The notes under the pieces: generated by a model
Seen by the model: the letters and a program-made list of their open reading frames with translations, nothing else
The model's database searches: none
Told to the model about the DNA's origin: nothing
Assembly: GCF_001194135.2 (NCBI RefSeq)
Contig: NC_068987.1
Coordinates: forward strand, 54,057,822-54,121,821
DNA from: Octopus bimaculoides
Taxonomy: Eukaryota
Reading direction: 5' to 3'
Length of the DNA: 64,000 nucleotides
In this document: in pieces, positions 40,792 to 53,569 of the stretch
Numbering within the stretch: position 1 is the first letter of the stretch
Layout of the letters: every line of letters begins with the position of its first letter
Made by a program: the position numbers and the translations under genes

Positions 40792-41804
40792 GCACACATC
40801 TTTGCACATAGGTTGGTGGGTTATAGATGAAATGACAAACGGCTGTATATGTGTGTGTGTGTTTGTGATTGTGTGAGTGTGCATGTGTGTGAGTTTGTGT
40901 ACGCACACATTTCTACCGACATATGCACACATTCCAGCAAATAGCCACACATACATACATACAATTAGACAAATACATGCTGCAACTGATACAGAATAAC
41001 CTCGATATTGACAATGGTGGTGGTAGTGGTGGTAGTGGTGGTGGAAGCTAGGAGATTTACGGTTCTGGTGATAGCGATGTTGGCGTTGGTGGTGATGATA
41101 ACAGGGATTCTGATTCCAGTGGTATCAAAAATGATGATGGCAGTGGCAGTATTGGTGTCGATGCTGGCGCTGATGGTAATGGTAGTTGTGGTGCTGGTGG
41201 TTGTAGGGGGTGATATTCCAAGTGGGGTAAGAAAGCAGGAGGATAGCGGATGATTATCATTAAGGTGTTGATATTTTATTTATTCTATATGTACGTATGG
41301 TAGTTATGAGTCATGCCTTACGAACGGGGTGGTATGTATTATCGGTGAGATAACTAATTTCTTGTTGCTCTTATTGTCGTTCTTGTTGTCTAGCCCCAAA
41401 TCATTCCAGAACTAACAGACCTCTGATTAGAAACATTCCAAACGTGACTATCTTCTTTTCTTTTTTCTACATCAGGTCACGTGCTAGATTATCAAATGTG
41501 ACATTACTGATTTTAAGAGGAAGAAGCGTAATTTAAAAGTTTTAGTTGCTATTTTTTGCACCCCAAGTGAACCCGCAAGCACATCGTAGTTCATTTGTAA
41601 TTTTTGTTTTTTAACCATCCAGCCAAGATGCAGTATTCCCATGATCAAAATCTTGTCACACTACATTAAAACATTTTCTTTTTCATTAATTTTTAAGTAA
41701 TCAAAACTCCAGGAATGCTCATTAAACTTATGATTTTTTTTCTCCTTCCCACAACAGATATCATTCTAATTAATTAAAATTCCTTAACATACATGGACGG
41801 AAAC

Positions 41805-41947
41805 GTGACTGTGTAGTAAGAGGTTTGCTTCCCAGTCACATGATTCCGGTTTCAGTCCTACTGCAGAGAACCTTGGTCACCGCGGTGACCAAAGCTTTGT
41901 GAATTGATCTAGTAGTCAGAAACGGAAAAAAGTACATTGTGTATATG

Positions 41948-42023
<76 letters not shown>

Positions 42024-42250
42024 AACAAAATGTGTATGCGTGTATTTGTTTCTCCCCACCACAGCTTGACAACCGTAGTTAGTTTGTTTACGTCCCAGTA
42101 ATCTAGCGGTTCAGCAAAAAGAGACCGATAAAATTAGTACCAGACTTAAGATAAAAGATAAGTACCGTGATCAATTTGTTTGGCTAAAACCTTTAAGGTC
42201 GCGACCCTGCGTGGCCGCAGTCCAATGACCCACAACAAATAAAAGATAAC
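41805..42250 (+). mobile_element. SINE family A, diverged, with internal (CA)n and a 20-bp palindromic replacement
   Basis: Family A motifs; ttggtcaccgcggtgaccaa at 41873-41892. Confidence 0.85.
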
Positions 42251-42689
42251 AGATGCTGTACTGAGAATGGTAACATCGATATTACCACTTACTATTTTAG
42301 ATTACGTTTGGCGAAACGGAATGTTATGGCAACAGTAATGTTATGTGGTGCATTGAGCAGGGTAGGAGTAAAAACGGGTTCAGAAACTAGATAATGTCAG
42401 ACATTCTTCTGTCTCGTTTTCTTTTTTATTTTCTTTTCTTTTATTTTTTTAGCTTCCAGTTCAACTTTCAGAGAAACAAGGTTGTTCCCAAAGCAACAAG
42501 AACTTAGTTGCAAAAGAAGATATCTATCTAGCGACTGATCATAAACAGACGCTTCTTCTGTGTTTCGGGGGATAGATGTTTTTTGTTTGCTTGTTTTTTC
42601 TATGAATAATTTTTTTTCTTTATTAAAGTCCCCTTCCCAGTTACTAAGTGTTCCATATATATATATATATATATATANNNNNNNNNNTT

Positions 42690-42795
42690 CTATAACACAA
42701 AATAGATAAGTATACGAAGTTTGAAAGTCTTTCCGTACCAAAAACACTACGTAAAACATAAATGAAAACTGGCGCCCCCGTTTTAAAATAGATCC
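42690..42795 (+). mobile_element. 3' end fragment related to the 44761-45551 element
   Basis: aagtatacgaagtttgaaagt...gtaccaaaaacactac matches 45474-45520; ends GATCC. Confidence 0.65.
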
Positions 42796-43076
42796 TATAT
42801 TCCTTGTATGTCTCCATTGTCATGTTTTTGTTCCCAACATTGACCCTCCATAAATCCTAAATTTTATTTTAGAATTTATGGGAGCAACTGTCTTTGAAGA
42901 CTCACATTGTCGTTGAATGCTCGAAATGAGTAGTAGATAGACAGCCGACAGCTAATGAAGGGTCCTTTCTCTGTGTTTACTTGTCTTGTTCTCCATTTTT
43001 TCTCGTTTGTGTATTTGTTGTTTACGTATTTCATGTTGTTTGAACCATAGGTGATGTCCTGTACCCATATATGCAT

Positions 43077-43117
<41 letters not shown>

Positions 43118-43454
43118 NNNNNNNNNNNNNNNNNNNNNNNNNNNNNNNNNNNNNNNNNNNNNNNNNNNNNNNNNNNNNNNNNNNNNNNNNNNNNNNNNNN
43201 NNNNNNNNNNNNNNNNNNNNNNNNNNNNNNNNNNNNNNNNNNNNNNNNNNNNNNNNNNNNNNNNNNNNNNNNNNNNNNNNNNNNNNNNNNNNNNNNNNNN
43301 NNNNNNNNNNNNNNNNNNNNNNNNNNNNNNNNNNNNNNNNNNNNNNNNNNNNNNNNNNNNNNNNNNNNNNNNNNNNNNNNNNNNNNNNNNNNNNNNNNNN
43401 NNNNNNNNNNNNNNNNNNNNNNNNNNNNNNNNNNNNNNNNNNNNNNNNNNNNNN

Positions 43455-43509
<55 letters not shown>

Positions 43510-43949
43510 CAAGCTCATTCTACTTGAGAATTACTTTAAGGAAACGTGTGTCTATGGACTGCTCACCCATTTATACGTTAATTCAGGAACAGGTAATTTT
43601 GTCGATCAAACAACTAAATCTTCATTGTCGAATGTCGGTGATCCACCATATCACCGAACTGTAACTGGATTGTTTCACATTCTTCATTGAGTACTTTACT
43701 AACATTTGGATTACGATCAAGTGTTCATTCCTACTACTATTATAACTGACGTTTTCCTAAATTTTAATTCTTAACATTAAATTCTGAAGGTCAAGCACTT
43801 GGGCTTTAAAGACAGTTTGGCAGATCTTCAAAATTCTGTTCAAATTTGTGGCATCACCACTAACACTCTCTTCCTGATTTGCCTTTGCCTGTTTGTGAAG
43901 GTTTGGTGTGTTTGTATAATTTATGTATACTTCTTCACCAGAAACATCA

Positions 43950-45700
43950 ATCTATATAAACAAGCTAATGAAACATTCTAACCAATAAGTCAACGTTCTT
44001 AAGTTTAAACAGTAACAATATCACTCAAAGCTTCAAGTTTGCATCTCAATTTCACATTTGCTACAACACTGAATATATTTAAAAGGTCATTGTGTTAACC
44101 GAAGCTACAATTGAATTGCCTGCTAAATCATTTAACATTAAAATTTTGCCTAATTTTATACCCAATAAGTTTATTAGTAAACAGTAGTTCTTTCCGATTA
44201 GTTACTTTTCCAAATCTTACTATTTGTGCAGCAAACATCAAAAGCGTACAATTATCAGCCTAAGGTGTTGCTGCTTGAAAATTAAACTCGCTAGTCTTAT
44301 TGTACACCTTACAAACTCTATCATTTACAAATTTGAACCGAAACGCTTCACATAAGTAATATTATTAGCATCCTTACCAATCCTACTAGCTTCAAAACGC
44401 CTGAGAAAATTTCAAATTATAAATATTCAAGGAAGCTATAATTTGGAACGGAAATACCAACTAATTATCTACAACAGCTAAGGATCTGTCTAATTTTCTT
44501 TGCTATAAACCTATAAGAAAATTCACTTCAGATGAGGTGAAGTATATGTTGGTTAACAAATAACAACGAATATCCACCATAGGAATGCCTCTGACTTGCC
44601 TGAATACTTTACTCGCTAAGGAAACGTATGCATTATTTTAAAACAAGCTTAACTTAACTCATTAAACATGAAGTCCTCTATATGTTTAATTGAAACACAT
44701 TCACTAACTCTATTAATTTAAATATTCCCATCTTAATTTTAAATCTAAATTAATATATAGGGATCTTTGTGATTTGACGGGCAACACTTGTTTTCTTAAC
44801 GAAACACTTTCAAACTTGGGACACTGGTAGAATGTGTCATGCAAAACAACTTTTTCTCTTAGCCTTCTTAACAAAAAATTGTACATCGCAAGTTATTTCA
44901 TGTTAAAGTTGTCGTATTTCTGTAATTTCAACCAATCACTGACGTCTATTCAGCTGAATACAGTCAGTGCCTGCCGGTCATAAAAGTTATTCCCTGTGAC
45001 ATATTTCATCCGGTTTAATCGTGATTTATACGCATATATTGTTTATATAATAAATTACGCTGTGCGTATCTGTGTGTGTATATTTTCCCCATAACCTCAC
45101 TCATAACCCTAACCCTAACCCTAAAACCCGAACCCTAACCCTAAACTGGAGTTTGATTTGAAGAAGATTTGGCTGCTATTTCTAGGAAATGAAGCACTTG
45201 GTGGAGGTGCATTAATAATTCTGGTAGCTCAATAACAAGTGCAGGCAATATTCAAGTATTTTGATGGCTTTTTCCCCTTTGTTTACGAACAGTCTAGTTA
45301 ATCGGAAATGTCAGAACTAACGGGGATTAATACCATATACACCGTTACAGCACTTACTGTTTTCAACTGAATAGACGTCAGTGATTAGTTGAAATTATCG
45401 AAATAAGACAATTTTTACCGTGAAATAACTTCGAATACAAAATTTATTATCTGTTCTATACCACAAAATATACAAGTATACGAAGTTTGAAAGTGTTTCG
45501 GTACCAAAAACACTACATAAAAAAATGTTGCCCGTCAAATCACAAAGGTCCATATATAGTGTACAAAAATCAAAGACATTGTCCAAATGTCCTTCTTGTC
45601 TCCCCAAATCCCATACTAGAGCCGATGTTTCATAATAAACTAACACACAGTACTTTAGTGAATAGCTTTAAAATATCTACCACAAATTGCGCTAAACACT
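43950..45700 (-). mobile_element. Penelope-like element reverse transcriptase relic, split by the 44761-45551 insertion
   Basis: Minus frames give VFDFCTLY|INL, KVFRQVRGIPM, KVYNKTSEFNF and AQIVRFGK in the order of the PLE RT motifs DFxTLYT, QxxGxPMG, YDKRDDFNF and SQLIRY; many stops. Confidence 0.75.
44761..45551. mobile_element. Non-autonomous long-TIR DNA element (791 bp) with internal (TAACCC)n; 8-bp TSD, possibly Merlin-like
   Basis: About 200-bp imperfect TIRs beginning GGA(T/C)CTTTGTGATTTGACGGGCAACA; identical flanks atatatag; taaccctaaccctaaccc at about 45105-45145. Confidence 0.85.
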
Positions 45701-46064
45701 TCTTTAATTAAAATCGCTATCTGTCTATTTTTATCTTTCTTTGCAAATGCATATAGCGTATAAGCACGTATTAATGTAAAAATATATATTCATGTGTTAT
45801 ATGCATGCATTTATAAGACAGACAGGCAGACAGACAGAGATAGATAGATAGATAGAATATTATGCATAGGTAAATAAAGAAAAATTTAATATAGCTAAAC
45901 GACAGCTTTTTAACGCCTACACTATAGAATGTAAGCAAAGGAAAATACAATCTGTTCGCTTCGCGAAGAGAATAACAGGATGTGTTTACATATGTTTACA
46001 CTTTCCACTCACAAACATCTGTTTATTCTTCACACACGAAGAATACATTTTATATATATATATA

Positions 46065-46395
46065 TATCATCATCATCATCGTTTAACGTCCGCTTTCCAT
46101 GCTAGCATGGGTTGGACGATTTGACTGAGGACTAGTGAAACCGGATGGCAACACCAGGCTCCAATTTGATTTGGCAGAGTTTCTGACGCCAATCACTCAG
46201 AGAGTGTAGTGGGTGCTTTTACGTGTCACCCGCACAAGAGCCAGTCCAGGAGCACTGGCAACGATCTCGCTCGAAAATCCTACGAAGGCCAGTCAGGTGG
46301 TACTGGCAATGGCCACGCGTCAAATTGGTGTATTTTATGTGCCACCTGCACAAGAGCCAGTCCAGAGGCACTGGCAACGATCTCGCTCGAAAATA
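46065..46395 (-). mobile_element. Retroposon fragment with (GAT)n tail and internal duplication of about 50 bp
   Basis: catcatcatcgtttaacgtccgctttccatgctagcatggg end; gcacaagagccagtccag...gcactggcaacgatctcgctcgaaaat occurs twice (about 46231 and 46348). Confidence 0.65.
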
Positions 46396-47396
46396 TACAC
46401 ACACTCACACTATATATACATATATATATATATATACATATATATAATATAATATAGGATAAATTCTTTATAAGAATTTATCAAGTAGTCAGCGTGAAAA
46501 AAACCTCATAATGAGAAAATAACGAAAAATTTCGTAATGAAAAAAATTCATCGTTTCTTCATAGAGATATTTAATTATATATAAAGGGCATTAACTGTGT
46601 ATTAATGCCTCACGCGTGAGGCATTAATACACAGTTAATGCCCTTTATATATAATTAANNNNNNNNNNNNNNNNNNNNNNNNNNNNNNNNNNNNNNNNNN
46701 NNNNNNNNNNNNNNNNNNNNNNNNNNNNNNNNNNNNNNNNNNNNNNNNNNNNNNNNNNNNNNNNNNNNNNNNNNNNNNNNNNNNNNNNNNNNNNNNNNNN
46801 NNNNNNNNNNNNNNNNNNNNNNNNNNNNNNNNNNNNNNNNNNNNNNNNNNNNNNNNNNNNNNNNNNNNNNNNNNNNNNNNNNNNNNNNNNNNNNNNNNNN
46901 NNNNNNNNNNNNNNNNNNNNNNNNNNNNNNNNNNNNNNNNNNNNNNNNNNNNNNNNNNNNNNNNNNNNNNNNNNNNNNNNNNNNNNNNNNNNNNNNNNNN
47001 NNNNNNNNNNNNNNNNNNNNNNNNNNNNNNNNNNNNNNNNNNNNNNNNNNNNNNNNNNNNNNNNNNNNNNNNNNNNNNNNNNNNNNNNNNNNNNNNNNNN
47101 NNNNNNNNNNNNNNNNNNNNNNNNNNNNNNNNNNNNNNNNNNNNNNNNNNNNNNNNNNNNNNNNNNNNNNNNNNNNNNNNNNNNNNNNNNNNNNNNNNNN
47201 NNNNNNNNNNNNNNNNNNNNNNNNNNNNNNNNNNNNNNNNNNNNNNNNNNNNNNNNNNNNNNNNNNNNNNNNNNNNNNNNNNNNNNNNNNNNNNNNNNNN
47301 NNNNNNNNNNNNNNNNNNNNNNNNNNNNNNNNNNNNNNNNNNNNNNNNNNNNNNNNNNNNNNNNNNNNNNNNNNNNNNNNNNNNNNNNNNNNNNNN

Positions 47397-47469
<73 letters not shown>

Positions 47470-48376
47470 CGTGCGTGCGTGTGTTGCAATGTTGTTAGTT
47501 CGATGCCAATAATTTCATGTAAATAATATTCGCAGTTATTGAATCATAGTTTGAATAATATTGGCAGGTCAGTCATTCTTGTCTGCTTGAATGAAAACGA
47601 AAGACCAAAAGAGATTTCGCATGCTTGCCTTTCTCCAGTTAATTAAGCCTTTTGTCTTTCTCCCATCTGTTACTCTACTAAATCTCGCTTACATTCAACA
47701 GTAGCAGTAGTACAAACAGTAGTGACATTATAGCACAAACATATCACTCGATTTGCTAACAGTAACAACCAATTCATCCTTAAATCACATCCCACCGCCT
47801 CAGAAAAAATAAACAAATGAGTTGAAGGTGATTTGGCTTTATTCCTAGCAGGTCGAGTTACCTAGTTGAGGCCCGACCATGGCCACTTATTGGTTGGTCT
47901 TATTAACGGTGTAAATTAATGATGACAATGTTGCGTTTTGTTTGATTCTTGCTTGCTTTTTGTTTCTTTTTATAGCCAACAACTGCGATGCCATCTTAAC
48001 TTGCTAGCGGCCTATTATCCATTTCATGTATACTGTACTATATTATATATTTTTCAGCTTGCGAATGCTTTCTGTATATGTCTACAGAGATAAAAACCCA
48101 TTAATAAAATTAGATGGCCCAATATGCATTTAAAACATATTCGTGAAAGCTAGCTCGATTCATAAATCACAGACGTGATTTAGCCAAAACAATATGTACG
48201 GGTAGATATAAACCTCTTGTTTGATGAAATCCTATACCAGGAGTGAAACTAGTTTGGCTGATTTCGTTTTACTGTGCATGAAGACAATGTGTATACTGAC
48301 AAGGTGTGTACCTCTGTCCATACATAAAGTGTTGCCTATAAATATATTTATAGGTCTACAAATATATTCTTTAATA

Positions 48377-49629
48377 CAGGGGTATACAACAGGCTGCCTG
48401 TTGACTCTCCTAAACTATGTGGCCTGACAACTGATGGGGTACCCTCAATGACAGGTAGAATTATTGGCAGGTATAACCAAGAAATATTTGAATACCATCT
48501 GTTCGCAAGAGGTTGTGGTGAATCACAGCATTATACACCAGAAAAAGCTTGTGCAGAAAAATACTCGGCTTTACTGATGTTATGAAAAATGTTGTTCAAT
48601 GTGTAAATTACATTCGTTCTTGAGGACTAAATCATCGGCAATTTAAGGCCTTCTTAGAAGAACTTTACTCGGATTATCCTGATATTGTGTAATTCTCTGC
48701 AGTGCGTTGGCTCAGTAGAGCTGCTACTTTGAAAAGATTTTGGAGTCTAAGAAAGAAAATTGGATCATTCATGATAAATAAGCAACAAAATGTTCCTTAT
48801 TTAAATGATGATGACTAGTTAAATGACGTTGCTCTCCTAACTGACATAACACAATATCTTTCAGATTTAAATGTGAAACTACAAGGTAAAAGTCAGCTGG
48901 TGAACATGATGTTTGTACACTTTTTTCCTTTGAAGAGAAACTACGACTTTTTCAGATTCAGCTGAGTAGAACAACACCCACTCATTTTCCCAGTTTAGCT
49001 CACAGAAAAGCAGAAATGCTAGATTTAGATTGTTCCAATTGCTGAAAGTGTTGGCAAGTTATGTGCTGAATTTACAAGCAGATTTGCTGATTTCAGGAAA
49101 TGTGAAACTGAGTTTTCTCATCCATTTGACATGGCACCTGAGGACAATCCTGACTGGTGTCAAACGGAGCTAATTAATTTAGTTTGATATAGACTTGAGA
49201 AGAGCATATAATAGCAATGACTTGGTAACTTGCTACAAAAATTATGTACGCATCCAAATTTGGAGCAACATGCTAGGAAAATGACATCCCCCTTTTTGGC
49301 AGCACATGTTGTGAGCAGTTCTTCTCAAGAACGAAATTTACTAGAAACAGATACCGAAGTCAGCTCATAGATGAACATCTGACCAATCAGCTTCGAGTTG
49401 CTACCACATCAGTCAAAGCGGACATTGATAAATTGTACAAAAACCTAAAATAGCAAGTCTCACATAAATAAAACTAAACTTTATTTTATTTGTCTTTGTT
49501 GTTTAAAAATATATTCATGACTCAATACACTAGTTGCCATTGGATAACATATTTTTGACGGTGACTGGCCCCAATTGTTGTTCCAATGTTCGAAAGTGGC
49601 CCGCCAATGAAAAATGTTGCATACCTCTG
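48377..49629 (+). mobile_element. Internally deleted hAT (SPIN/Charlie-type) transposon with dead transposase
   Basis: TIRs CAGGGGTATACAAC / CAGAGGTATGCAAC, 8-bp TSD ctttaata / ctctaata; residual IIHQ, VRWLSR (48702) and GST-CCEQFFS dimerisation-like motifs; stops and frameshifts. Confidence 0.9.
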
Positions 49630-50608
49630 CTCTAATACTATCATACTATAAGTAGACACAACACTATAAGGGTATTAATAATTTATTAGGTAATTACTAA
49701 CGCTTGTTATTGTTGCTTACTTATGAAAAAGACAGGACAGCCACGTCTGGGATAACTTTGACCACAGGTCTTCATAAGCAGGGCTGACCTAGGGTTAAAT
49801 AGTAACACCACCACTATTACTGCTATCGAGAGGAACAGCAGCTAAATAGCTAAATACCCCTTTTTTTATGTATTAGGCAAAATAGGATAAGAATAATACT
49901 TTCTGGGTGCAGTGTACCTAAAATATGTGGAATCATGGTTGGAATCATAGGTCTGCTTAATCCAGGTTCACCGGGATTGTGGTAGGCGGGGTAACCACCA
50001 ACAGAAATGTTATGAGCCAATAAGGGAAACTCTACCTGGTTGCTTGACATAATAGAAATAACAACCAAACCAGCCTCAAATTACACCATAGCGTCTTGTT
50101 AAAGTAAATGAAACGTTAGATGATGTAGTCTTATAAAGCAAAAAAAGAAGGCTAAACGGCCACAGGAGGAATGCCTTTGAACATAGGTCAGATCGACAAC
50201 AGCAACCTCATTATCACTACATCCGCTACCGTCACAGCCATCGTAATGTTTTCTATTACAGGCACAAGGCCTCAAATTTTAGGCCTCGGCATTGCAACTA
50301 CTCACATTAGTAATAACGCTACCACCAGCAGATACACCTCCCACTTCACGTCTACCACCATCATTACGAGCTTCAGAAAGAAGCAGCACACACAGTAACT
50401 TCATCATTTTTTCTTTCTTTCTCACTCACTCTTCCCATACGATTACCCTTTCTCCTTGTCGTTCTTTAGCTTTTTCTATGAGCCCCACTCCTCCTTCTCC
50501 CTCTCTCTCCCTCTGGCGCTGTCTCAGTTTTTCTCCCCTTCTCAATTTGTTGTGCTTCATCAGTATCCATCCTATCCTCTTCGTTCCTCAACGAAAATAT
50601 GTTCTTTC

Positions 50609-50639
<31 letters not shown>

Positions 50640-51117
50640 GGTGCTCGTAAAGATTGCAGTGATAGCAGTAGTGAATGTGGTGGGGGTAGGAAAGAGGATA
50701 GTGGTTGTGGTGGCAGTGGTGGCAGCGGTGGTGCTGATAGTATAAAAGTTGTAGGAATAGTAGTGAACGTGGTGGTGGCAGTGGTGGTGGTGGTGGTGGT
50801 TATAAAAGTTGTAGGAATAGTAGTGAAGGTGATGGTGGTGGTGGTGGTGATGGCGGCGGTGGTGATGATGATGTTAAGGGTTATGGTGGTAGTAATAATG
50901 GTAGCAATGATGGTGACGACGAATGAGTGTGGATAGAGGTGAGAACTGTATTGGTGATGGTGAGGCTAAATGCAATGATATTGATGATGGAGAGATAAAG
51001 TTGCTGTTTAGCCCAAGGTCAGCGTCGACCGAGTACACCAACGATCAAATTTAAATCCGCCATGACCATCCCATTTGTTTTACAGGCTTAGCATTTAAAG
51101 AACAACGTTATCTAAAG

Positions 51118-51380
51118 CAGAGGTTCTCAACCATTATTTTACCTACGGACTCTTTGATTCCTGTTTTATTCTACTGCCTGACCACCTTGGCCATTCGATG
51201 TTTCAATAAAACCCTGTTATATTCTAATAATTGAATATTATCAGGAATTGTATAAAAGAAATTGTTGAAATATTTTGAATATTTTTAGAAGTAGAACCAA
51301 TTTATTGAGCATACATTTTAACAAGAAAATCTTATATGAATCCCCTAGAACTATATGGACCCCGGTTGAGGAGATTTTAG
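51118..51380 (+). mobile_element. hAT (Charlie-like) MITE, degenerate 3' end
   Basis: Starts CAGAGGTTCTCAACC; flanks atctaaag / ttctaaag. Confidence 0.6.
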
Positions 51381-51389
51381 ATTCTAAAG

Positions 51390-51656
51390 CAGTGGTTCTC
51401 ACCCATGATTTACATGACCCTTGGGGGTCCATATAAGATTTTGATGTTAGAATTTACGTGCAATAAATTGGCTCTATTTAAAAAAAATACACAAAATATG
51501 TTTTTTTATACAATTCCTAAAAATATTTAATTATAATAATATAATAGGGCTTTTTGAAACATTGAATAGGTGTGAGGGAGAGCCCAATAGAGTAAAATAG
51601 CAATCAAAGGGATCCATAGGTAAAAAAAAAAAGGGTTGAGAAACACAGTACCTCTG
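51390..51656 (+). mobile_element. hAT (Charlie-like) MITE adjacent to the previous one
   Basis: Starts CAGTGGTTCTCACCC, ends GGTTGAGAAACACAGTACCTCTG; flanks ttctaaag / ttttaaag. Confidence 0.7.
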
Positions 51657-52461
51657 TTTTAAAGTGTCCTTTTCAAGAGAGCAAAATGTAGATTGAAAAG
51701 AAATTTGGCTACTATTTCTATCAAGTTCATTGACCACGTAAAGACACACTGGTGAGTGTGTTAGCTAGCAGTGATGGTTTTGGTGTAGTGGTGGTGATAG
51801 TACTTTCGATTAAGATGATGATGATGGTGATGAAGAGGAGGGAGGGGGGAGGATGTAGGTAGTTTCAAGAATTGCGCTGATAATGATGGAACCTTAGATG
51901 ATGAAGATGAATATAGCAAGCATAGTTAGGTGGTGGGATTTATGGTAACAGAGGTGATGATGCTGATGGTGGTCGTGGTAGTGGTGGTAGTGGTGTTGGT
52001 GGTGGTGGTAGTGCTGCTGCTGCTGTTACTTGTGACGGTAGCAGTGGGAATAGAAGCAAGAGTTATAGCAACGGGGTATGGGAGAGGTGGAGAGTGGTGT
52101 GTATACATATCTGTGCCACCCTTTAGTGCTTAAGACAAGCTGTCTTTATCATGTGATAAAGCGTACATTATCTCTTACACATGCACACACACACATACGC
52201 ATAGTTGCGTACACGAATACATATATACACGTAGGCATATACATACTTATCGTGTAAGCTTATGTGAGTGTATACTGAGTCACTCAGTGATAAAAAAAAT
52301 CAGCACACATTCACACGCACACATTCTGACTGACTGTTCACACACACACACACACACACATTTTTATACAGGCATACCTTTGCAATCTTAATATACGCCC
52401 ACATAAAGAGATATTTCACAAACAGCAGGCCTCCTTTTAACCAAATCTTGATAACGATAGG

Positions 52462-52531
<70 letters not shown>

Positions 52532-52597
52532 AGAGAGAGAGAGAGAGGGGGGAGAGGGAGAAAGAGAGCGAGAAAGAAACAGAGACAGAGAGAGTAA

Positions 52598-52662
52598 CGC
52601 GGCAATCTGGCGGAATTGTTAGCACACCGAACAAAATGCTTAGCGGCATTTCGTCCGACATT
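52598..52662 (+). mobile_element. SINE family B 5' end, cut by an assembly gap
   Basis: gcggcaatctggcggaattgttagcacaccgaacaaaatgcttagcggcatttcgtccg. Confidence 0.75.
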
Positions 52663-53569
52663 NNNNNNNNNNNNNNNNNNNNNNNNNNNNNNNNNNNNNN
52701 NNNNNNNNNNNNNNNNNNNNNNNNNNNNNNNNNNNNNNNNNNNNNNNNNNNNNNNNNNNNNNNNNNNNNNNNNNNNNNNNNNNNNNNNNNNNNNNNNNNN
52801 NNNNNNNNNNNNNNNNNNNNNNNNNNNNNNNNNNNNNNNNNNNNNNNNNNNNNNNNNNNNNNNNNNNNNNNNNNNNNNNNNNNNNNNNNNNNNNNNNNNN
52901 NNNNNNNNNNNNNNNNNNNNNNNNNNNNNNNNNNNNNNNNNNNNNNAAGACATCCCTCCCTTTAGTGCCTCGTTTTTGAAATGATATCAAGAATTGTTAT
53001 CGATATGTTTCTCTCTATATTTTAATACAGTTGAATATGATTGGAGGGAAATGTGACTGCTATTTCTCGCATGTGGAGGAACTACAAAGAGCCTTCTTCC
53101 TTCACTTGCATTAGATTTCACTCCCTAGTTGATAAATACTATGAAACGTTTATTGGTGATCAAAAATAAAGGGGATCGATCCCAACAGACCTTGAAATAC
53201 CGAATATAAAACTAAAAAAAAAAAAAATTGAATACTCGATTATTTGTCTCAGCGCCATTTTAGTAAATAGATAGGAACTAATAGCTCTTTTATATTTTCT
53301 TTTATTTTTCATATAAATAACATTAAATTTTATAATTTGTAAACAACGATTCAAGAGTGAGAAATAACGATGTGCTCTCCCTGGTGAGAGTCACATAGTG
53401 CATCGCATACCTGTCAGATAAAACTAATTACTGCAATGTATGTATATAACAGGTTGACGAGTTCAAATTAAAAAAAAAAAGATGTTTGCACCAACGAAAA
53501 TTTAGTATTCAATACAACAGTAGGCGCGCGCGCGCACACACACACACACCTATCTATTTATATCTATAT

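Larger units (their letters stand above)
50600..52100. repeat. (GTG/GTA/GAT)n low-complexity tracts, including a 60-bp tandem duplication at about 50740-50830
   Basis: tataaaagttgtaggaatagtagtgaa occurs twice, 60 bp apart; similar tract at 41010-41260. Confidence 0.8.

Noticed and set aside
45100-45145. Telomere or chromosome end
   Set aside because: Only a few imperfect TAACCC units, internal to a TIR element.
50292-50936. 214-aa ORF with Gly/Ser/Val runs (also the 41008 and 51930 ORFs)
   Set aside because: Derived from (GTG/GTA/GAT)n low-complexity tracts; no supporting splice structure.
51678-51751. Plus-strand exon candidate with CTG|gtgagt donor
   Set aside because: Overlaps a degenerate interspersed-repeat motif (atttggctactatttcta...gaccacgta) with variants elsewhere in the window.
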